This document shows, one piece after another, positions 27,001 to 39,520 of a stretch of 64,000 nucleotides of DNA. How positions within the stretch are numbered: position 1 is the stretch's first letter; every line of letters starts with the position of its first letter. The stretch is from Torpedo marmorata (Eukaryota): positions 62,372,001 to 62,436,000 of the forward strand of contig OZ360225.1 in NCBI GenBank assembly GCA_977017645.1. Reading direction: 5' to 3'. Under the pieces are notes generated by a model. It saw nothing but the letters and a program-made list of their open reading frames with translations, did not search any database and had not been told where the DNA came from. The position numbers were made by a program, and so were the translations under genes.

Positions 27001-27523
27001 TGACTTGAAGTGGGGCTGTTAGATCGGGTGTTCTGTGAGAACTGTGCCACTGCCACCTTCGTGCTCTGCAAGGTCTCTAATGTCACATTAGTGTTTGGCA
27101 TATTATAATTGGTCATGGAAGATGATTCAGAGATCTGAGGTAGCAAAGTAGCAGTGCCAGAGGCTGCTTGATTCTGGTAACCTTTGTCAGTGGATGTGTC
27201 CACCTCCATTGGTTCGTCTTGCTCGGTACTCTTTACCTCAGAGCAGTCATTCCCCTCTAACGGAGCATTGTCATCACCAGCTTCGCTCTCCACCTGATCA
27301 CTCGGGCTACTGGCTGGGGAAGCCTCAGGGAAATCCTCTGAGCGCGCTGCCTCCTCGTCGTTGACGATTAAGACGAGCGGGTTCTTCGTGCAATTCTTCT
27401 GATGCTCCATGAAGTCAGACCACTTGAAGAACTCAGCACAGCATTTCTCGCAGATGTGCGTTTCCTCACTTCCACTTCTACTTTCATTCCCACTGTCAGC
27501 ATCATCTGGTCCTTCTCCTGGGA
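24042..27523 (-). CDS. SALL3: SALL3 coding exon 2 (3482 nt): N-terminal C2HC finger, Q-rich segment, zinc-finger clusters 1-3 and most of cluster 4
   Basis: Lies in ORF 24027..27599. Contains [50 protein letters not shown]-box [16 protein letters not shown] repeats and [17 protein letters not shown]. On the minus strand the acceptor reads ctttcatttccttgtag|TCCCAGGA (phase 1) and the donor reads CTTAAG|gtaaga (phase 0). Confidence 0.96.
24383..24598 (-). other. SALL3: Candidate exitron (216 nt, in frame) encoding zinc-finger cluster 3
   Basis: Minus strand reads TG|GTAAGT at 24598 and actctag|GTCCC at 24383. The length is divisible by 3 and splicing rebuilds a GGT codon. Confidence 0.75.
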
Positions 27524-29903
27524 CTACAAGGAAATGAAAGGGGCACATCAAGCAATGACTTACCGGACAACCCCTCCCTCCAATTTCAAGTTTTTGCACA
27601 TAAGTAAAATCAATATTTTTTTATTTTGTACAAATTACCTCACTTCAATACATCTCAGGTCCCTCTGTGTGTGTTCTATCACTCCTTCTGCCCAGCTAAT
27701 CATTTTCTTTGCACAATCCATCAAATTATGAAGCCCTATCAATTGTGGATACCGCTGCTTAATGAAATTCCATAGAAGCTATTGATTTCCAATATTTTCA
27801 TACAATTCACAGCTGCCTTGTCTGTTGGGTACAAATCAAGCCTTTGATGGACTCATTAGGATTCCCCTGTACCATCAGGTTTCCTCATTTCCAACAAAAT
27901 TAGAGAAGTCTTTGTCAGTTCACTTGACATGACTAAACTAATCTGTAACCTTTCTGGCTCAAATCAGTACCTGACAGGACAAACTGGCCCTCTGTTACTC
28001 AAATGTGGTGTTGGACTGACCAGATTTATTATCTTTATACAGCATCAAGGCAGTATGGATTTAATGTTAGTCTATATATTGTCTTAAATCAATGACTGTA
28101 ACTTTAGTGGCTTCAGAAACCTGAAGAGCAATGCACCCTTAAAGGATTAATAAGAGTGCAGTACCTTTCAGTGCTCTGCGCAATTGAGCTAAATTAATTA
28201 TTTCCTGTGCTGCCAATAAAAAACAAAGACTGTGCTGTATCTATTAAAAGTTGTTGATAGAAACTAAATCATTTGAAACTTTGAATAGCATAAGGCCATA
28301 TTATGTGAGGTGATTTCTACACTGAACAAAACTGAAACTATCACTGTTGTGAAAGAGCCAGAATTTAGACTTATTTTGGCTGCAAAATATTTTTATGATC
28401 CTCAATGAGGCCTTCATATATTTATACACTGCCTTCAGTATTTTATACCCTTACCTCACTAGAAAGTGCCTTAAAAGGCTTAGTTAGTCAACATACAAGA
28501 AATTTCAATACTTGTAGTATTTATACAAGAGAATACTCAGGCACTCACTTATCTGTGTTCAAAAATACCATGGTGTTTGTGCCAGGAAAAATTACTAATT
28601 GGAACACACGTTTAATTACCATTGTTGGTAGTCACTGTCTGGACTGGTCTTGCTACAAAATGCCAAAACAACACCTAACATTTAAGAAACAGAACTCCAA
28701 TGGACACCTGATCAACCAGGTAGATTTATAACTCAAGTATTTTTCGTTGCTATCACCGTATTAGTAGGCACCATTACGCCAACTGATATGATTCATCATT
28801 TTTCCACATTCAGCTATTCTGCATTACTGGTTGGCTATTCAACTTGATGAAGTCAAAGTAAATTTAAGACTGTCTGTTGCTTTTTGTATAAAGGATTTCC
28901 TCCAGCAGTTCAATTGGTTAATGAAGTGTTATGCTGGGCCATTGTGTCTATGGGGTGGCTCACTGGTGGTGGAGTGTGCTTTGGTAGTAAGTCACTTGTT
29001 GGGCATTGGGCAATGGTAAAACTGGCCTTCTCAAAGATGAAGAGACTCGACATAACATCCCCACCTGTGTACAGGAATTTGGTCCCTATATTCCAATGCA
29101 GTATGAGGTTTTCTCAGCCAGCGCCCCTTCCAGCAGTTTTGGTCTCTGCACCAAATATTGCCTTGTGTCAACTGTGGCTCAGTTGAAAGAATTCCTGTCA
29201 TTGTGTTGTTAGCCTTTGGTGCAAGTCCCATATCAATAACGAGAGGACACAATTTTGGTTCTGAAGGAGTGCTCCACTGTTGGAGGAACTCTCTTTCAGT
29301 TGAGACATTGAAGCAAAGTTCTCATTTGAATGTAAAAGATCCCACGTCACTGTTTTCAAGAACAGCGAGTTATTCACAATGATATGATCAGTGTTTATCA
29401 CTCAGTAGAATACCTGGTTAGAAACATACTTGGCCTTTCATATGACAAATTGAACTGCCATCAATTCTCCGTAATAATAAAGCTATGCATCAAAATTGAT
29501 TCATTGGGTATAAATTGCTCTGGCACATTCTGAAAACAACACGAAAGGTGCAATACAAGTTGAGGGCTTTTTATACTATCAATACACAGTATTTGCCTTG
29601 GAGGTGGTGCAGCATCGATTCATTAGATTGATTCATGTGTAATTGCTTGCAACTTTATCACGCACACCTTTCCAGCGATTGTAAGACATTATTTATCGAC
29701 ATACAGCACAGAAATACTGAGTTTGAGGTGACCATCGAGTACCCATTAAATTAATCCCAATTTATTTTCTCCACATTCTCATCAACGTCCCCACAGATCC
29801 CAGCACTCACACTAGGGGTAACTAACAGTGGCCTATTAACCTAACATCCCTGATTTGTAGTGTCGGCCTATGAGTATAATTGGCCCAAACCCTCTGGACC
29901 TAG

Positions 29904-30245
29904 GGATTCAAGATTCAAGATTCCATTATTGTCATGTAATAGTACAGAACATGTAATATTGCATGAAATTGCCTTCTGCCTGGCGTAAGGCAGACAAATA
30001 GTCACCATGTGTCGCCCGGTGCCCCTGACAGTAAGAGAGAAAGAGAAGCAAAAGAGAGTCCTTTCAGAGTCACTGATTGTCATGGATTTGCTTCCAACAG
30101 ACTCGCAGCCTCTGCAGCCGCACAGACTTCTGTTCAATCCATCAGCAACCCGAGCTCTAGATCCAGCCTTCGGCCATGATCAGGAAGCCTTTAGCGCCCA
30201 AGGCCCTTTGGGAGCCCTTCTTGCCCTCAGCACCCTCTCGAATGG
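29904..30245 (-). mobile_element. Non-coding retroelement with a Rex-like 3' end and (TTGAATC)n tail, inserted in an older CR1 remnant
   Basis: Minus strand ends ...acatgacaataatggaatcttgaatcttgaatc. The GC-richer body shows no RT similarity that I can recognise. Confidence 0.6.
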
Positions 30246-30568
30246 AGAAGAGGTATTTTCGCTGAACCATGTAAGATTCTGAGGGATTGACACGATAGCT
30301 GCTAAGATGCTCTGACTGGTGTTTCTAAAACTGGATGGCAGTGTCTGTAGAAAAACAGTCTGCCATTGAGGCAGAAGAGGAGAAATTTCTTTACTCAGAG
30401 GGTTAGGAATTTAAGTATTCTTCACCTGCAAAGATAGCTGTTGAATGTATTCAAAGGTAGACTTTTGGTCACTGAGAGTATAAATATGTGTGGAAAGGAA
30501 GAAAATTAGCTTGAGCTGTAGGATCTTACTGAGTTGCAAACAGCTTGGGGGATTCCTTGCTTCTTAAT

Positions 30569-31145
30569 TGAACAATGAGAAGTTGGAGGGGCTCAGCAGG
30601 TTAGGCAGTGTCAATGGAGAGAAGTGGTCAGTCAACATTTCAGGTCAGGACCTTTTGTCGAGTCTTAAGTGGGAAGGGGAGATAGCAGACGTAAAAGGCA
30701 GGGTAGCTGAAGATGGGTCAAGAGATAAAATAACATATTCCTCCTGGGTAGTCAGGAACCCAATGGCGTGAATATTGGGTTTCCAAGTTAGATAACTCCC
30801 TCCCTGAACCAATTCCATTGTTTCATTCTCTCATTTACCTGCTCAGTTCCCACTATTCTCTCAAACCCCAACACCCCCCCGCCCTCCCTCCCCATGGTCT
30901 CCTCCCACACCCTGTCTCTCCATCTCTCCTACCTGCTTTTGTCCTGTATCCTATCACTTCATGGCCCCTCTCCAGCACCTCACCCCTTTTATTAATGCTT
31001 GCTATCTCCCCTTCCCACTTTAGTTTCGACAAAGGGCCCTGACCTAAAACGATGACTGTCCATTTCTCACCATGGACACTGCCTAAACTGCTGAGTCCCT
31101 CCAGCTTCTCTTTGTTCGCTCAAGATTCCAGTGTCTGCAGTGTTT
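30569..31145. mobile_element. Inverted pair of Penelope-like termini
   Basis: 30569-30690 is the approximate reverse complement of 31000-31118, and the middle contains a remnant of the PLE ORF end (ccaatggcgtgaatattggg). Confidence 0.75.
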
Positions 31146-31405
31146 GTCCTGTTTCTTAGATTTCAGGGTACACTGATTCATCTGCCTCCTGACATGGTAC
31201 ATCAGTGTAAAGCATGCAAGTAGTCTCGGTAACTCTGGGTTGGGGAGAGGAGATAAAGAAGATCAGTCAGAATTGCTGTTCCCAGCCACTCAGATAGTCT
31301 TGCTCAATTGTGTGCGTGTCGGTATGGTGCTTTTGCACATTGAACAAATGATGACCCTCTCTCTACATGCCGTTCTGATTTTAGCTGCAGTGAATCAAAG
31401 CTTCA

Positions 31406-32807
31406 ACCAGTAGCACTTACACCAACAGTGATGAAGTGTTTTGATAGGCTGGTGATGAAGCATATCAGCTCCTGTCTGAGCGGTGACACGGATCCATTCC
31501 AGTTCACCTATCGCGGCAACAGGTCTACGGCGGATGCCATCTCACTGGCCCTACACAAAGCCCTGGAACACCTGGACAGCAAAGATGCATACATCAGGAT
31601 GCTCTTTATCGACTATGGTTCGGCAATTAACACCATCATCCCCTCAAATCTGATCAGCAAACTCAAAGACGTGGGAGTTAATACCCCACTGCGTAATTGG
31701 ATCACGGATTTCCTCACCTCCATACCACAATCAGTGAAGATTGGTAAGAACTTCTCCTCCACAATCTCCATCAGTACCAGAGCACCACAGGGCTGTGTTC
31801 TTAGCCCTCTGCTCTACTCACTTTACACCTACGACTGTGTATCTCGGTACGACAATAATACCATCTACAAATTTGCCGACGATACCATGGTAGTAGGTTG
31901 TACAAAGGAAGGGGATGAGTCAGGATACAGGATGGAGATTGAAAACTTGGCTGAATGGTGCAGCAATAACAACCTTGCACTCAATGTCACCAAAACTAAG
32001 GAGCTGATTGTTGACTTCAGGAAAGGAAAGCCAGAGGTATACAATTCAGTGATCATTGGGAGATCAGAGGTGGAGAGGGTGAGCAAATTTAGGTTCTTGG
32101 GAGTGACTATCTCGGAGGATCTTTCCTGGACCCAACACACTAATGGCATCGTGAAGAAAGCACGTCAGCGCCTCTACTTCCTCAGGAATTTGCGGAGGTT
32201 TGTTATGACATCAGAAATCCTGGCAAATTTCTACCGATGTGTGGTGGAAAGTGTGCTGACCGACTGCATCACGGTCTGGTATGGGAACACCAACACTCCT
32301 GAGTGTAAAGCCCTCCAAAAGATAGTGGACACAGCCCAGGACATTACAGGCAAAACCCTCCCCACTATTGAGTACATCTACAGGGAACGCTGCCGTCGGA
32401 GGGCAGCAGCAATCATCAAAGACCCACACCACCCAGCACACGCTCTGTTCTCACTGCTGCCATCAGGAAAGGGGTATAGATGCCACAAGACTCACACCAC
32501 CAGGTTCAGAAACAGCTGCTACCCCTCTACCATCAGAATGTTCAAAGACAAAGTCAATCAGAGACTCATTTAAGGACTCTTACTTGTGCACTTTATTGAT
32601 TTTCTTTGCTCTCCCTGTATTGCACAGTCAGTTTGTTTACATTCGTTATCTGTTTACAGTTCTTTTGATTGTTTACATGTTTACGCTGTGTACAGTTTTA
32701 TTTTTGCACTACTAATTAGTGGTAATTCTGCCGTGCCCGCAGGAAAAAGGAATCTCAGGGTTGTATGTGATGTCATGTATGTACTCTGACAATAAATCTG
32801 AAATCTG
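31406..32807 (+). mobile_element. Young 5'-truncated Rex1/Babar LINE with an uninterrupted RT C-terminal ORF (31428..32573)
   Basis: RT motifs [36 protein letters not shown] and KFADD, followed by a 3' UTR and a tctgaaatctg tail. Confidence 0.93.
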
Positions 32808-33241
32808 GTGTCCCCGTGGGGAAGCAATATCGGATTAATGAAACTGTTGTCACGACTCCACTTCTCAGCAGCCAGCAGTGAAGAGCACGAGCTGAGATCT
32901 GGAAGCAGGCTATGAGCTGGTCCTCCTGACAGGAAACTCATAAAACCCACTGTGGCATTGACCATAATGGAGAGAGTGCCAAGGCAGTGTGTCCTTCACG
33001 AGGTGTTGAATGGTTGATCAATAGATACAAAAATGAAAAGTCTCTGCAAAGCTAATGACTGACAGGACTAGAATCAGCCCACAATCCATGCTTGACTTCG
33101 TGCTGAAACTGTGTGCATTTTTATGTTCACGTGCACGTTTCTGGGAGTGTTTCAGATTTAACACTACATTTGCTTTTAATTTACACACAGTGGCTACAAT
33201 TGAAAACATGATAAAAAGACTGCTTATATTAAATGAAAATA

Positions 33242-33416
33242 TTTGATGCATGAATTCATGTTGTGTTTGAGCACAATTTTTGCACAAAATAACACTGGGG
33301 CATTTGTTCATCTTTGTTTATAATCTAGAAGATATAAACAAAGATGATGAACAAATGCCCCAGTGTTATTTTGTGCAAAAATTGTGCTCAAACACAACAT
33401 GAATTCATGCATCAAA
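33242..33416. repeat. Near-perfect 175-bp inverted repeat (81/84-nt arms, 10-nt spacer)
   Basis: 33242-33322 is the reverse complement of 33333-33416 apart from one extra GAT in the right arm. Confidence 0.97.
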
Positions 33417-33661
33417 AATCAGTGAATGGAACCGTATTTCAGAATAGTTCAACATGTTGTTAAATCGTGCAATTAGCAATGGAGGGCGAATTTCTACACT
33501 TGTATCCTTGTGGGAAGCATAATTGGAGACAAGATGGTTTTCTGAAGGGCAAGAGACGCTGAATTTCCTACAAATAGTAAAAGGAATACTGTACTACATG
33601 CCAAGTTGCATAGACAAAGTTCAGTGAGCAATATTCAACAAATAAATTAAGAATAAGTTAG

Positions 33662-34360
33662 CAGAGACACAAAAGACTGCAGATGCTGGAATCTGTAGGA
33701 AATAAAAACAGACTGCTGGAGGAACTCAGCAGGTTGAGCAACATTTGTGGGGGTAAAGGAATTGTCGACATTTTGGATTGAGACCCTGCATCCGGACAGA
33801 GTGGAAAGGGAAGATAGCTGTAGAAAGAGGAGAGGGAAAGGGATGATATTGGGGCCAGTAGGTGATAGGTGAATCTAGGATGGATAAAGGATGATGGACA
33901 GGTGGAACCAGGAAAGGGAGGGAGAGGATTGGAGTTGGGAGTGAAAGCAGGTGGGTGATAGGTGGAAGCAAAAAGAAAAAAAGGGCAGATGGAAGCATGG
34001 GGGAGGGGAGGGTGAAGGTGCACACAGCTGCTGGAGTGTGATAAGTGGGAACACAAAGGCTACCAGTGCAGGAATCTGATATGTAAGGAAGGTGAAAATG
34101 GGAAGCATTAGGGGAAAGAGGAAGGGCAAATGGAACCAGATGGGGGGAGGAGTCCGGTGGGTGAAATGTACTGACAAGTAGGTGGATGGAATGAAGAGGG
34201 GTATGAGAATGGGTGATGAGAGGCTGGAGGGGGTTATGGAAAGGGGACAAAAATGGGAGGCCCAGATGTGAATCAGAAGGAGAGAGGGAGAGAGAGAGAG
34301 AGAGGAACACAGAAGGTAAAAGGTTACCAGAAATGGGAAAATTCAATGTTTGTACCATTG
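33662..34360 (-). mobile_element. Penelope-like 3' region (ORF end, low-complexity tract, terminus)
   Basis: gactgcagatgctggaatct...ctgctggaggaactcagcagg terminus, a purine-rich tract, and aaattcaatgtttgtaccattg marking the ORF end. Confidence 0.75.
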
Positions 34361-34649
34361 CGTAGATTTAGCTAGTGGTAGGATACCATTGCTGCTAGCA
34401 GAATAGTTTAGCCATTAGGTAATCGATAGTAAGAAATTAAGAAGTGGGCAAAGGCTAATCAGGTCCTCTTTTTCCCTGTCATGTAAAAGATCCCTCAGAA
34501 TTATTCAAAGAAAAGCTGTTGGAAGATTAGTATGTATCCATTAATTTAACAGTCATTAGTCAGATTACCTGATCCTATTCTCACTGTTATACACAAGAAT
34601 GTCCTGTGTCCAAATGAGATACTATACTTTCCTGCAGTACAATGAGAAC

Positions 34650-34955
34650 CAGTGGTGTAGTGATGCATCTGGGAGAGCTGCTGCCTCACAGGTCCAGTGT
34701 CCAGAGCCTGATCCTGTCCTCCTCTGTTGCCTGAGTTTAGTTTGCACATTCTCCCTGTGACCGTGTGGATTTCCTCTGGGTGTTCTAGTTTCCTTTCACG
34801 TCCCAAAGATGTGGAATTGGCTATTGTCTGTCATTGCTAGTGTAGGTAAGTGAAGGCATTGTATGGAGAATAGGCTACAGGCAAATTGGTTGGGGATGGG
34901 ATTGCTCTGTGGGCTGGCAGAGATGCAATGGGTGGAATGGCTTCCTTCTATGTCA
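34650..34955 (+). mobile_element. Old tRNA-derived V-SINE-like element
   Basis: gctgcctcacag...gagtttagtttgcacattctccctgtgaccgtgtggatttcctctgggtgttctagtttcc core. Confidence 0.7.
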
Positions 34956-35934
34956 TAAGGAAATTCTGGGATGTCCTGGAATTGTAAAATTTGTTACAGA
35001 AATGCAAGCCTTTCTTTTTCCAAAAACCTTTTCTGAGAACAATTAAAACATTTTTGAGAAATTATAGGATAGTACATTCCATAATAAGATATTTATTACT
35101 TCACAGGGAAATAATAAAGCATTATTTTCAACTTGTTCTTCTTTAATAAGCTTTCCAAAAAAAAAATTCTAACTGAATGATTTCAAATTCACCCTTATAC
35201 TCTGTGGAAAAAAATCTTCACTGTTTTATTTAATTCATCAGGAAAGAGCTCTGTCTCTCGTTTAACAGCTACATATAAAATAATAGGCAATAGGAAGGGA
35301 GTTGCCACAGTGTTACCCAGCCTAAAGATTCAGATGGGATCAAGTGGTTTCAAAACCCTTTTTGGAATCTTGAAATTATAATACTGCAAATCTCTCCTTG
35401 GCATATAGAATTTTACCACAGTTGATAAAATAATAATTATTAAAACGTATTGCTAAACCCTGCAGTAGTATTGCATTTGGTTGCATCCATGTTGCAAAGT
35501 AAATGTCAGCACAGAATTAAAGGATCAAGTGGATATATGTTGTGCCAAATGTTCTTTTCTTTTTAAAATATTTTTATTCAGTTTAACATATAAGCATGTA
35601 TACAGAAAAAAAAATTAAGAAAAACACATAAAAAGTCATTTCATATTCACACATATATAAAGAAATAACAAGTGGAACTGCATTAACCAGTTCTTAAATT
35701 CAAATGAGAGACAAATTATGAATATACTGTAAATTCATGTTAAAGCTCATATTGTAAATTATTGACTAAAAGAATAATATAAAAGAAAAAAAAATTTCCA
35801 AGTGCCAAATGTTCTAATGGTCAAGTTAGTGAAATAGCTAGATTCTGCCTGTTACATAAACCCCAAAGCACCAATTTGGCCCATCATGTTCACTGAAACA
35901 TCAATGCAATTTGTCACACTCCCACACTCTCATG

Positions 35935-36610
35935 GAGACAAATATCACGGAAGAAGGCTCTTCAGGACACCATGTCCATGCTGGCCATCAAGTACCCATC
36001 TCTACTTATCTTGGCACTTGGTCTGTAGCCTTGTGTGATTTGGTCATTTATGAGCTCTTGCAGATGCCTCTTAAATGTTATGAGAGTACCTGCCTCCATT
36101 GCTCCCTCAGGCAATATGTTCTGGATTGCATCCATCCTCTGGATGAAACAAAAACCCTTCTCAGATCCCTTCTGAACTTCTTATCCTTTACCTTAAATCA
36201 ATAACCAATGTTAGAACCTTCTCCTGCTGTTTATCTTATCTAGGACTCCCATATGTTTTCTTTTTCAAATATTTATCCAATTCCCTTTTGAAAATGACAA
36301 TTGAATGTATTTCTACAAGCCTTTCGAACAGTGCATTCCAATCACATCAAGTTGGTCCAAACAGTGTCCCTTCCCATCTCTGCTCAGTTTGCTTTTCCAA
36401 ACAACTTAAATTTGCCCTCTGGTTTACCAATCCAACATCCAAAACACAATCAAAATGCTTGGTATCTTTGAGCCATAAAATTCGACAGCACAGAAATAGA
36501 CCCTTTGGCCCAACTTGTCCATAACAACCACGCTAGTTCCATTTACCTGCGTTCAGCCCATATCCCTCTAAATATTTCTTTGCATGTACCTGTCTCAATA
36601 TCCTTTAATC
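35935..36610 (-). mobile_element. Degraded CR1-type 3' fragments
   Basis: cagcacagaaatagaccctttggccc and cccatatccctcta...gcatgtacctgtc are the reverse complement of the CR1 3' end seen at 15260-15380. Confidence 0.55.
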
Positions 36611-39344
36611 TCTTATCAAACATCTTAGATACTTGAGGAACAGGTTCAAGGTGAAGTGTGCCTGTTCCTTTGTTATAGTTCAACAACATGGCATTGCACT
36701 TCACCGAAGACATAATTGTACAGTCGGTTTAAGCAACAGCTTCTGTGTGGTTTCAAGACAGAGCAGTAAATGTTTTAAAATGTCCTTCTCTTTGAAGCTT
36801 TTCCCACTGCCTTTAAATGTGCTCAGCTGCCTTGGCTGCTGTATTGGTGATCTCACTACACCACTCTCAGGAATTTTACAGGAAAGTACTGGAGGGTTCC
36901 TGCCAAAATCTTACTCCATATGGCAAAACAGACAACACCCCGGAAAATAGGTTGGAGGTTATGGCGGGTTCAAAGCAATTTGTGGAGCTCACCATTCTGC
37001 CAACGAGGAAAATACAGGCCTTTGTGTGTTTCAAATTCTTTGCTCTGCTATTTATTTTGAGTGGGCTAATGCCTCTGCTGAAATAACAGAGAGGAATTTC
37101 AGCTGAATGTGTCAAATATTCAAACTGTAATATCCCAAAGAACACTTTGAGGGCCTAGGTTTTTTCATAAGGTATTAAACTGCAGCCTTAAGAATTGATA
37201 TAACCTATTATGCAAAATACATTTTCACAATTAATCATTTTACTTTTATAAACCTATGTCTATGGAATACGTGCACTATAGAAATAAAAAAAAGTCAAAG
37301 GTTCCCTAAATTTTTATCTTTGTGGTGTGCAATGTACATCAAGTGACCAGTGCACAGAAATCAAATTCTGAGTTTACAAAAATGTACCAGGCTGAGAGAC
37401 ATGCCAACAAAAGGGAACAGACTATTCAAATATTGAGGGACAGGAGAACATTTGTGATGAAGTTATCATTCAAGTTATCATTTGCACATCCAAAGCAACA
37501 CTTGCTGGGGTTGCTTACTTAAGCAGCCAATTCCCATGGAACATCTGTATGCTTTAGAATGCTTGTAACTCTCGGCTCACTGCCCAATTTCTAATGCACT
37601 CTTACATCAGAATCACATGGACCAATAGAAGCCTTGGAACTGAGACCCAAGAATTGGTTGAATACAAAGATTATAAAGCAAAAGACATCAATTTGAAAAT
37701 AAATCAGCAAGAAAGGCAGTTTAGATTGTCCTGTTTTTGTACATGGTGCGGAAAATACCCAGGGGCTGATTGTATTAGTCAATTGATTAAGCACCTGCTG
37801 ATATTCCATATTAATCATCTAAGCTAAAACCTTTCAGCCAAGCTTCAGAAATGTTAGGTAATGGCAATATTTTGTGTATTTCTAGAAGACTCATCCAAGG
37901 GAAAAAAATGGAACACTGAAGATGATTTTCTGATGAACAGATCATTGATCAATTTACACCATTATAAATTTACACTGGGAAAGAATGAGCTCATATTTTT
38001 ATGGTACTTTCTGGGCTGAAGAGCATCATACCCAAGGAAGAACTTTGGTAGTATGGTTGCTGTTGTATTATAGGGAAATACAACTGTCAATATGAACACT
38101 GCAAGGTGCTCGCATAAACAGCAATGAATTGAGTGACCATTCAATGCAAATGAAATTTATTCCCACTGGCATGCATTGTGCAATACCAATGGTGCATACT
38201 GCGCCACTTCTGAAATTCAGTTCCCAACTTCTTTGTTGAGTGTTTAATGTATTTAATCAAATTTATATGTGCTAATGATTTGGTACTGTCATTGATTGCC
38301 ATAAATTGGCCATGCCATCAATTTCTTCTTTCAAGTGGTGTCATGGCATATTCTACATCTACCATTTTGAAAATCAGACACTCAAATTTCATTTGAAAGA
38401 GGGCACATCTCATTGTTCTTCAACTGAGCTTTTAACTCATAATAGACCCCTGAGTCAAAGTTAAGGGACTGTCATTGAGCCTCCTGTCCAAAGGTTCACC
38501 AGCCAAAAGATCATTGAGCAAAAAGTGGCGAGGTGATGGTTTGCATCATTCTGTGAATGGTAAGAATTTTTGATCTTGTTTATCATGTCAAGGAAAAAGA
38601 TCTCTGTGCAGGAGGACAGACCCTAATTTATCATCGAGCATTCTTATGTAAAATGCAGATCACAACTGCAGATTAAGGGCAGAATGTGAAGCTGCTAGCA
38701 AAAAGCATACTTTTGACAAAATTTATTTCCCATTCCCACACAAACTGTCCTTGTGTGAGATTAGCAGCTGTTGCTTCATTACATTCACTGCTTACATTAA
38801 ATGACAGCCATCTAAATATAGTCCCACAATTCACACAAAATAAATTAAGAAGCCCTTTTTACACACCAGTTTAGCAACTGTAAGAAGGTTGTACATTTGA
38901 ATAAATAAAATGGAGAGCCAAATAAATATATTGCATTTATAAGAATGATACTTTATAAATTCTTGAGCTACTAAGAAACAACTTTCTCTGTATGAATCAT
39001 AAACATTTGGTACTACTATGGAAGAAGGAGCAAGGGTTCAAATATATTAGATAATATTCTAATGCACGGTGGCTCAGAGGGGAACACTGATGGTTGGTGG
39101 GGCAGGAGTTTTGATTTCATGCCAGATGCTTAAGCACATAAACCTACTCTGATACATCTGTACAATATTGGGGTTCCTCTGTTGTCTGTTCATAGTACTG
39201 TCTCTTGAACGAGGGATTAAACAGGCTTGAAATGCTCTTCCAGATGGATGTAAAAGATTTGCATTGCACGATTTGAAGAAAACCAAGGGAAAGTGTTCTT
39301 GATGTTGTGGCAATATTGTCCCTCCGCCGATGCCACTAAAAGGT

Positions 39345-39520
39345 ATTCATCCATCACCTGCCAACTTGTGCTCCTTCCCCCTCCCCCTCACCTTTTTATT
39401 TGAGCGTCTGCCCATTTCTTGCTATTCTTGATGAAGGAGTTCAGCCCGAAACGTCGACTATCCATTGCCTTCTATGGATGGTGTCTGACCCGCTGAGTTC
39501 CTCCAGCATTCTGTGTGGTT
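39345..39520 (+). mobile_element. Penelope-like terminus with hammerhead-like core
   Basis: TATTC TTGATGA AGGAGTTCAGCCC GAAA CGTC GACTA, followed by gacccgctgagttcctccagcatt. Confidence 0.75.

Noticed and set aside
14123-27523. Assignment to SALL1, SALL2 or SALL4
   Set aside because: The [22 protein letters not shown] start, the [11 protein letters not shown] context and the EIGIN end match SALL3 as I recall it.
27524-27599. N-terminal extension of the 1190-aa ORF (MQKLEIGG...CPFHFLV)
   Set aside because: It begins at GTG and reads through the polypyrimidine tract and acceptor. Similarity to SALL3 starts at PGEG, so this is intron sequence.
32150-32300. ALKBH8 N-terminal-like (DUF1891) host gene
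   Set aside because: The [10 protein letters not shown]...[11 protein letters not shown] segment is the usual C-terminal part of Rex1-type ORFs and sits inside a LINE.
33658-34358. Overlapping 100-210 aa minus-strand ORFs rich in P, S, L and F
   Set aside because: They result from the pyrimidine-rich low-complexity tract of a Penelope 3' region, which has few stop codons.
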